Of a DNA stretch of 64,000 bases, positions 57,416-64,000 are shown in pieces (position 1 is the stretch's first letter; every line of letters begins with the position of its first letter). The stretch comes from an uncultured Kofleriaceae bacterium (GTDB lineage Bacteria > Myxococcota_A > Polyangia > HGW-17). The notes beneath the pieces were generated by a model, which had not been told where the DNA came from, searched no databases, and saw only the letters and a list, made by a program, of their open reading frames with translations. The DNA lies in contig CAZEZP010000051.1 in NCBI GenBank assembly GCA_964516435.1, forward strand, positions 70,467-134,466, in the 5' to 3' direction. The position numbers and the translations under genes are program-made.

Positions 57416-58212
57416 AAACCCGCCATCCTTTCCGTACCGCTTCGTTCGGGCTTCTGGCCCTCATTTTCCTGTCCACGCCGCTTGCGGGCATTTGCGCAGC
57501 CTTTGGGGCGGAAACCCGCCCGTTTTCCCAGGGAACCGCCTACACCCTGCCGCAGGGCCGCCTGGAAGCCGGCGTTTTCGCCCCCCTGCGCTACGGGCTT
57601 CGCGATGACGTGGAGATTTCCGTTCACCCGCTGCTGATGTTCGCCTGGCCGGCGATTGCCGTGAAGAAGCAATGGGCAGCCGGCGAAGGCTGGGCGTTTT
57701 CCTCCACCCACACGCTCGAGACCCCCACGCCCTTCCTGCGGCTCATCCAGGTGGAGGGAACCGGAGGCCTTCTACCCACCGACAACACGATTCCGTGGTT
57801 CGCGATGAGCGAGCATCGCGCCCTCTTCACCGCACGCGTGGCGCCCGCCCACGAACTGACGCTCATGGCTGGCGTCACCGGCGCCATCCATTTCGGCAAA
57901 ATGCACATGGACACCATCGACTACCCACTGGCGTTCCACCGCCTGGCCCCCCTGCACCGCCATGCGGCGGCGCGCTTCGGCGCCGATCTGGACGGGCGCA
58001 TCGCCGGCGACTGGTTCTACTGCCTGGACATGGATCTCTTCGTGCTGGACGATGCGGCCTCCCGCTTTTCCGTCGAGCATTCCTTCGGCCTGATCCGCCG
58101 CACGGGCAAACGCCATCAGATCTTCTTCGGCTACAAGTTCTCCTGGGCCCAGTTGCCCTTCGGCACGCAAAGCGTCCTCCTGCCGCTCGTGGATTTCGTC
58201 TGGAGCTTTTGA
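57412..58212 (+). CDS. Putative outer-membrane beta-barrel protein.
   Basis: The ATG at 57412 overlaps the upstream stop. The signal peptide is MKTRHPFRTASFGLLALIFLSTPLAGICAAFGA. Amphipathic beta-strand pattern continues to the C-terminus, which ends in aromatic residues (VDFVWSF). Confidence 0.5.
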   Translation: MKTRHPFRTASFGLLALIFLSTPLAGICAAFGAETRPFSQGTAYTLPQGRLEAGVFAPLRYGLRDDVEISVHPLLMFAWPAIAVKKQWAAGEGWAFSSTHTLETPTPFLRLIQVEGTGGLLPTDNTIPWFAMSEHRALFTARVAPAHELTLMAGVTGAIHFGKMHMDTIDYPLAFHRLAPLHRHAAARFGADLDGRIAGDWFYCLDMDLFVLDDAASRFSVEHSFGLIRRTGKRHQIFFGYKFSWAQLPFGTQSVLLPLVDFVWSF

Positions 58213-58327
58213 GACCCCGTTTCCCCTCATCGTCACACATCAGCAGAAAATCTGTCAGATTGGGTGCGCAGAAACGTCCATACACATGCAGGGGTAAACC
58301 AGTTTCGCTGCCCCGCGGGAGGCCGCC

Positions 58328-61057
58328 ATGACCCGTCTCGTCGTGAAATCCAACGAATCTGGCATGCTTTCCTGGATCAAGAAACTCTTCCTGCCATGGA
58401 CCATTCCCGGCGTGAATTCGTCCGAAATCGAATGGATTCAGGATGAGACCGTGACGGCATCCGGCATGAAGGCTGGCGACCAGACCCGCGAAACCCTCGA
58501 TTTCCTGAAGGAAAGACTCCAGATCCTCGAGATGCCCGTAAGCGAGCATCCCGCCGTCAACGAGGTGGTGCTCTCTTTTCACGATGCGTTCAAAGACTTT
58601 CCCACCGGGCGCGACCCGCTGGTCTTTGCCATGTGCAACCACCCTTCCAGAGCAGCCAAAATCCATGAAATCCTGTCACAGCAGCCCTGGGTGCTGCGGG
58701 GCGTCAAGAGGAACCCGGTATCGCGTTCCCGCATCCTGTGCCCGGCATCTCATCCCCAATACCGCGATCTGGCCCGGTTTCTTCAAATCATTTTCCTGTG
58801 CATGAACAAGCCGCTGCCCGTCGAAGAAGCCTCCCCTGTCCCGGAACTGCGCCTGTTTTTCTGCGATGAGAAGATGGCCCAACTCCCCGTGAAGAACCAG
58901 TTTCAACTGCACGTGTTCACGGACGACGTGGATCTGGCCAGGCAGCGACTGGAAAAACTCACGCAAGCGGGCTACGTCCTGGTGCTCCACGACTTTGCCG
59001 AACTGATGAAAATCTGGGATACGGACGTCCGTTCGGATTCACACTTCCCGCTGCCGGCATCGGCCATGTACCGCTTCGGCATGGACATGCGGCCCATCCA
59101 GACGGAATACCCGGAGCAAAAGGATGAAATCCATTCCCTCTTTACGCAGGTTCTCCAGGACCTGAAGGTGAATACATCCGACATGCCGCTGGAAAACCTT
59201 CGTTTTTCCGATGTGGGCGGCCCGGTCCTGCTGTTTCCGGTGCAGAACTTCCTGGCCGGAAGAATCCAGCCCTATTCGCCCACGAATTTCGGGCGCGTGC
59301 AGATCCGGATGGCCGGCGCGAACGCCAAGCTCCTGGAAAGCGCATGCCAGTCCCTGAAGGATGAAAAATGCTTTGGCGACGTGGACATCCAGGACTGGAA
59401 ACACCGTCCGAACCCACGATTCCCGGCCATCTACTGGCCCAAGAACCTCATGTACGAGAAAATGCCGCTGCAGGTGAAGGCCAAACTGGACGAATTCCTG
59501 AAGAAAAACGGCATTCCCATGGAAGTGGAACTGCATTTCCATACCTGGGAAGAAGACGTGGCGTTCGTGGACCTGCCTTTCGATGGCCAGGTGCAGGAAG
59601 AAATCTTCTGGCGAAACTACGGCAACAGACTCAAGGTCCAGGTTTCATGGGAAGGCTTTTCCCAGGAAGAATCCTCGCCTGCGCAAGACGGCAAGAGTTT
59701 TTCACTGCTCCTCCATGCCTTCCGGCATCTGGTACCCCATGCCGAACCACCCGCGTTGCCGCCGGACGACATGCCCGTGGGAATCCTCATGGCCAGAGGC
59801 GTTTCCCATACGTTCCTCAACATGGTGAAGCGCTTTCTTTCCTCCCTGCTCTCCCGAGACATCCCGGTCGTGTACGACGAAAACCTCAATGCCGGCGTGG
59901 TGAATGTCCATTTGCCGAAGAAACTCCCGGGCACCGAGGAAATCCATCGGAACATCCAGATGAACCGCCTGCTGCTCGAAAAAAAATGGGTGGATTCATC
60001 CATCCGGCCCTTCCTGACCGAAACCGCCAGCGGGCTCAGGGTGGGAAAATGGCTCATTCCCTGGCCGCAGCGTACCGAACGGCACCGCTACGCCCCCGAT
60101 GCCCGCGACTTCCAGTACTTCGTGGTGGACAGGACCGCGGCCATGACGATGGAAATCCTCGCCTCGGCCGTGGTCCTGCGCGAGCCCTGCCTGCTGGAGG
60201 GCGAAACCAGCACGGCCAAGACCAGTTCCATCCTGTACCTGGCCCATCTCCTGGGCCAGCCGGTCCTGCGCATGAACCTCAACGGGCAGACGGACACGTC
60301 CGAACTCGTCGGCCGCTTCGTCCCCCACGAAAAAGGCAAAGGGTGGCAATGGAAAGACGGCGTGGTGGTCGAAGCCATGAAGCACGGCTACTGGCTGATT
60401 CTCGACGAGTTGAACCTGGCGCATCCCGAGGTGCTCGAGCGGCTCAATCCGGTCCTGGAACGCTACCCGTCGCTGGTGCTCAGCGAAAAGGACGGCAGCG
60501 TTCTGCGCAACGCCGACGTGCATCCGGATTTCCGCGTATTCGCCACCATGAACCCCGCCCTGTACGCGGGACGCTCTCCCGTCAGTCCCGCCATGCGGGA
60601 CCGCTTCCTCTGCTATTACAACGTTCCCCTGCCCACCGAGCACGACATCGAAATGTTCCTCCATGGCGTCCTTCTGGGGGGTATCTCCGAATTCCGGCAT
60701 GACGGCCAGGGCTATTTCACGATGCCGCCAGCCGCCGTTCACTCCCAGCTGGGAAAATATGAATGGATTCGAAAGAAACTGCCCCAGTTGGCCAAATTCC
60801 ACGTGGACATCATGCATGCCTTCCTGAAGAAGGAAGGCGCCCCCGGCAACGAGCCCATCGTCTTCACGCGGCGCTCGCTCCTCTCCCTGCTGGAGTATCT
60901 GTCCCACCGTCCCAATCCGGACCCGCAGGACCTCGAGGAAGCCCTGATGCGCTACTACGTCCGGCGGCTGGATGAATCCGCGCAGAAGATCGCCCTCCAA
61001 CTCCTCCAGGCGCACAACCTGGTTGCCGGCAACCAGTCGGAAAGGATGCAGCCATGA
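58328..61057 (+). CDS. AAA_5 (CbbQ/NorQ/GvpN-type, dynein-related) ATPase with a roughly 600-aa uncharacterised N-terminal extension.
   Basis: The C-terminal module has a P-loop LLEGETSTAKTSS (deviant GxxxxAKT), Walker B YWLILDELNLAHPEV, sensor-1 VFATMNP and Arg finger SPAMRDRF. The N-terminal 580 aa match no motif I recognise. Confidence 0.7.
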   Translation: MTRLVVKSNESGMLSWIKKLFLPWTIPGVNSSEIEWIQDETVTASGMKAGDQTRETLDFLKERLQILEMPVSEHPAVNEVVLSFHDAFKDFPTGRDPLVFAMCNHPSRAAKIHEILSQQPWVLRGVKRNPVSRSRILCPASHPQYRDLARFLQIIFLCMNKPLPVEEASPVPELRLFFCDEKMAQLPVKNQFQLHVFTDDVDLARQRLEKLTQAGYVLVLHDFAELMKIWDTDVRSDSHFPLPASAMYRFGMDMRPIQTEYPEQKDEIHSLFTQVLQDLKVNTSDMPLENLRFSDVGGPVLLFPVQNFLAGRIQPYSPTNFGRVQIRMAGANAKLLESACQSLKDEKCFGDVDIQDWKHRPNPRFPAIYWPKNLMYEKMPLQVKAKLDEFLKKNGIPMEVELHFHTWEEDVAFVDLPFDGQVQEEIFWRNYGNRLKVQVSWEGFSQEESSPAQDGKSFSLLLHAFRHLVPHAEPPALPPDDMPVGILMARGVSHTFLNMVKRFLSSLLSRDIPVVYDENLNAGVVNVHLPKKLPGTEEIHRNIQMNRLLLEKKWVDSSIRPFLTETASGLRVGKWLIPWPQRTERHRYAPDARDFQYFVVDRTAAMTMEILASAVVLREPCLLEGETSTAKTSSILYLAHLLGQPVLRMNLNGQTDTSELVGRFVPHEKGKGWQWKDGVVVEAMKHGYWLILDELNLAHPEVLERLNPVLERYPSLVLSEKDGSVLRNADVHPDFRVFATMNPALYAGRSPVSPAMRDRFLCYYNVPLPTEHDIEMFLHGVLLGGISEFRHDGQGYFTMPPAAVHSQLGKYEWIRKKLPQLAKFHVDIMHAFLKKEGAPGNEPIVFTRRSLLSLLEYLSHRPNPDPQDLEEALMRYYVRRLDESAQKIALQLLQAHNLVAGNQSERMQP

Positions 61058-63411
61058 GTGTCGACCTGCAAGAATTCCTGATCCTCGCAAAGGCCTACTG
61101 CCGGGATTCGCAGGTGCAATTGCGGCAGGGCGAATCCTGGGCCTGGAGTTGGGAGGAGCGTTGCATCTTCTACGACCCCGAAAGCGTGAAGACCGACCCG
61201 GAAAACGTTTCTTTGGCACTGCTCCTGCACGAATCCGGGCACTGCCTGATCACGCGCCTGCACGAACTGGCCAGCCCGTTTTTCCAGAACAATGACCTGT
61301 TCTGGCTGTTCAATGCCCTCGAGGACGTGCGGGTCGACACCTTCATGATGCGCCGCTATGCCGGGAGCCGCCCATGGTTCCGGGAAAACCATGCAAAATT
61401 GTTGAAGGAACTGATTGAATCCAATCTTTCGGATTTCGACCTCTTCCTGGTGTGCGTCGCCGCCTCTTCCACCGAAAACCTGCGCGACTTCTGCGGGTTC
61501 CTGCCCCCTTCCGTACGCAGGGCGCTCGAGGCGTTTTTGCCCGCATTCCAGCCCATCCTGCAGGCCGCCCTTCCTCCGGCGGACCTGGCCATGCCCGTTG
61601 ATGCCGTCCTGAATCCGCAATTCCTGGCGGCATGTCCCGGAATCCAGGAAAAGCACATGGAAGAGAGCGAGTCGTACCTGATTCAACTGCAGTGGCAATA
61701 CCTGGAATCCGTTCATCTGGCCCGTTCCTGCCTGGAACGGGAAAATATCCAGCCAAAAGTGAAAAATATCGAATATCTTCTGAGCGCCCCCTCCTACGCG
61801 CTCGTTCCCGCGGGCAAAACCGGCGATAAAGACACACCGGAGACGAACACAAAGCCGGGGCCTCGCAGCCTGACCTGGGGAGAACTGGAGCGGCTCTGCC
61901 CCCCGCATGAACACCTGTCCGCCTCCGCATGCCCATCCTCGGCCAGTGCTGGCGATGCTTCCGAATCCGAACGGCCACCCGGAAATGGCAGTGGCGCTTC
62001 CGGCGCCGGCGGCAAATCCGACGAACAGGATGGCGCCGGTGACAGGAAACAGAACGGCGGCGCCACGGGCGCCAATCCGTCGAAATCCGGTCCCGGGACG
62101 AAAGACCCTTGGATACAGCCAAGGCAGAATTCTCAATGGAATCCGTCATTTCCTAGAAATCCATTCTCACAGAGAAACGGGCAGAACGGCGGCCCGGGAA
62201 TCCCATGCAACCTGTCGTCCGCGGAAATCAAAAAAAGAAAAAAAGTCTATCAGGAATTGCTGCAGGAAGCCGAGAACTTCAGGGACGAAAAAGAAAATAA
62301 AATGCGAAAGAAAGGAATAATACCTTATGAGGGCGGTAATGGTGAAAACCCTTATTATGTATATCTAGCCCAAAAAAGACATTATGTAGGACTGGATGAA
62401 TTCATTCTGGAGCGCATCCAATTGAAAATTCCGGAACTCACCCCGGAAGAACAGCAGGAATGGTTGAAAAGAATAGTGGAGGCGCCTGTGGAAAACCACT
62501 TTCGCTTTATTCTTGAAAACGAATCGCAACCAGAACCCTATTCGCTTCCGGAACCCGAACCCCGATTTTCCTGCTGGACATTCACCCCTGAGGCGTTCCA
62601 TTCAAGAAGAGAAAAATCATGGAGCGAATATTTTTCCGAAATCAGTGAACAATTCATAAAACTCAAGCAGGTATTCCGGAGATTCCATGAAATCCGGTCA
62701 CGGACCACCTGGATGAAAGGCTATGCGCATGGGCAGCGCCTGGACATGCCCACCTGCATGCAGGCCGAAGCCGACCCCCGCATCAAAACCCGGATCTGGA
62801 TGAAAAAGAAATTGCCCGAAAAGCCGACGATCGCCGCTTCCCTGCTCATAGATCTCTCGGGATCCATGAGCCATAAAATTGAAAATGGATTGTATGGCAT
62901 CATTCTCCTGGCCGAAGTGCTGTCCCATTACAACATTCCTTTCCGCGTCGACGGCTTCCGTCTCGAACTGATCCCCATCCTGGATTTTTTCCGGGAACTC
63001 CAGGACAGGCACCGGGAAACCCTCCTTTCCCAATGCCGGTCTACGGGCAACAGCAACGACGACGGGAAATGCCTGGCCCAGGCGGCCCGGCACCTGCTGG
63101 CCCGGCAGGAGGACGTCAAACTGCTGTTCGTGATTTCCGACGGGCTTCCCACGGGTTCGAAGGAACCGGAGAAGGACCTGCACGAAGCCGTGGAAAGCAT
63201 CAAGGACCAGTTGTATCTCATCGGCCTTGGCATCGGGCCGGGAACGGAATCCATGCAACTGTACTATCCGTACTGCCGCCATTCCCTGGCGACGACCGGA
63301 ATCGCCGACGCCATGACCGAAATCATCGCCGAAATCCTGGCTTCCCCGCTGCGCGCGCAGAAGGGAAACGCCCGCCGCGCGCAACCCCCGAGCCAGGCGG
63401 GAGCGGGCTAG
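61054..63411 (+). CDS. CbbO/NorD-like vWA-domain protein with an N-terminal HExxH (zincin-like) motif.
   Basis: The start overlaps the ATPase stop (ATGA). The N-terminus has LALLLHESGHCLITRL plus a downstream E (…NALEDVRVD…). A low-complexity S/G/N-rich linker follows. The C-terminal vWA MIDAS motif is LLIDLSGSMS…(T/S)…DG. Confidence 0.7.
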   Translation: MSVDLQEFLILAKAYCRDSQVQLRQGESWAWSWEERCIFYDPESVKTDPENVSLALLLHESGHCLITRLHELASPFFQNNDLFWLFNALEDVRVDTFMMRRYAGSRPWFRENHAKLLKELIESNLSDFDLFLVCVAASSTENLRDFCGFLPPSVRRALEAFLPAFQPILQAALPPADLAMPVDAVLNPQFLAACPGIQEKHMEESESYLIQLQWQYLESVHLARSCLERENIQPKVKNIEYLLSAPSYALVPAGKTGDKDTPETNTKPGPRSLTWGELERLCPPHEHLSASACPSSASAGDASESERPPGNGSGASGAGGKSDEQDGAGDRKQNGGATGANPSKSGPGTKDPWIQPRQNSQWNPSFPRNPFSQRNGQNGGPGIPCNLSSAEIKKRKKVYQELLQEAENFRDEKENKMRKKGIIPYEGGNGENPYYVYLAQKRHYVGLDEFILERIQLKIPELTPEEQQEWLKRIVEAPVENHFRFILENESQPEPYSLPEPEPRFSCWTFTPEAFHSRREKSWSEYFSEISEQFIKLKQVFRRFHEIRSRTTWMKGYAHGQRLDMPTCMQAEADPRIKTRIWMKKKLPEKPTIAASLLIDLSGSMSHKIENGLYGIILLAEVLSHYNIPFRVDGFRLELIPILDFFRELQDRHRETLLSQCRSTGNSNDDGKCLAQAARHLLARQEDVKLLFVISDGLPTGSKEPEKDLHEAVESIKDQLYLIGLGIGPGTESMQLYYPYCRHSLATTGIADAMTEIIAEILASPLRAQKGNARRAQPPSQAGAG

Positions 63412-63431
63412 GAGCCGAAGAAAAAAGCGTC

Positions 63432-64000
63432 TCACCAGGCCAGCCCCAGCGTGAAGACGCCCCAGTACGCCAGTTCCTGCGACAGGGACTTGCCGGAGAA
63501 ATTGCTCCAGGCGGCCGATGCCTGCAGCCCCAGAAAAAGGGATTCGGAAAACGCCCGCTTTGCGCTGGCGCCCGCCTGCACGTCCCAGGCGTTGTCGGAA
63601 AGGGACGCATCGCGGGTGTACCACTTGCGGCCGCCCTCGATGGAAAGCCGCAGGGTCCAGCCGGAAACGGGCGTCCATTCCCGGAAGGCCGCGGCGTAGC
63701 CGTACACGTAATCGCCCGCCTGCACGCCCTCCTGGATGCCGTGAAACCAGAAGACCTTGAACGTCCACTGGACCTTCCAGTCCCACGAGACTCCCGCGGC
63801 CGGCTCCACCCAGGCCGCCCTGTCGGCGCCCGCCGCCGGTTTCCTGGAAGCCGGGAAGGCATACAGCGTGAGCCCACCCGAAAACGCCAGGCCGCGCGGG
63901 CCTTCCTTTTCCACCTGCACGTAGACGTCCTGCTCCATGCCGGCCGCGGCGTCCACGTTGCGCCCCAGGTTCTCTCCGCCCAGTTGCAGCGCCGCCGCCC
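63432..64000 (-). CDS. Putative outer-membrane beta-barrel protein; C-terminal part only, the gene continues past the window end.
   Basis: The ORF is open to the window end. It shows alternating hydrophobic beta-strand periodicity and a terminal aromatic residue (…GVFTLGLAW), with Y/W-rich girdle residues. Confidence 0.45.
   Translation of the reverse strand, partial: AAALQLGGENLGRNVDAAAGMEQDVYVQVEKEGPRGLAFSGGLTLYAFPASRKPAAGADRAAWVEPAAGVSWDWKVQWTFKVFWFHGIQEGVQAGDYVYGYAAAFREWTPVSGWTLRLSIEGGRKWYTRDASLSDNAWDVQAGASAKRAFSESLFLGLQASAAWSNFSGKSLSQELAYWGVFTLGLAW

Noticed and set aside
59996-62136. 407-aa and 393-aa minus-strand ORFs
   Set aside because: They are antisense to the AAA_5 ATPase and vWA genes.

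Overview
This is a high-GC (about 65%) bacterial chromosomal segment. A MYXO-CTERM sorting signal (GGGCTC…hydrophobic…RRR at the end of the 14974–18435 protein), 'Myxococcus cysteine-rich repeat' CxxCDDGN modules, CxxGxDDDCDG metal-binding repeats and many Cys-lipobox lipoproteins point to Myxococcota. I can support about 50 coding genes and two tRNAs.

Housekeeping genes present: sbcD (partial, runs off the 5' end), corA, a short UvrA paralog, an ExbB/ExbD(TolQ/TolR)-type motor pair, scpA-scpB-rluB, tRNA-Arg(TCG), tRNA-Lys(CTT), rpoZ, greA, a Wzc-type tyrosine autokinase, a radical-SAM/HD-hydrolase pair, a UDP-sugar dehydrogenase, an SDR and an acyltransferase. Much of the rest encodes secreted proteins or lipoproteins of uncertain function, including RCC1, TSP3, vWA, PQQ-propeller, trypsin-like protease and FGE-domain proteins.

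Regions worth a second look:
1. A translationally coupled pair at 58328–63411: an AAA_5 (CbbQ/NorQ-type) ATPase with a roughly 600-aa uncharacterised N-terminal extension, and a vWA (CbbO/NorD-like) protein carrying an HExxH motif. Beta-barrel outer-membrane proteins flank the pair.
2. A low-GC (about 40%) island at about 46100–49650 carrying a 712-aa secreted protein and a frameshifted HNH nuclease. It is bounded by a decayed tyrosine-integrase remnant and two arrays of tandem direct repeats (about 50000–50345).
3. AT-rich poly-Asn linker insertions in two adjacent lipoproteins (21881–25085).
4. An orphan YscJ/FliF ring-family lipoprotein sitting between a HicB-like protein and an M50 site-2 protease.

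No CRISPR array or rRNA is present. Several of the longest six-frame ORFs are antisense GC-frame artefacts and are listed as rejected.

Coordinates for CDS ends come from the ORF track. Positions I placed by counting within lines (motifs, tRNA ends, repeats) may be off by 1–2 nt.
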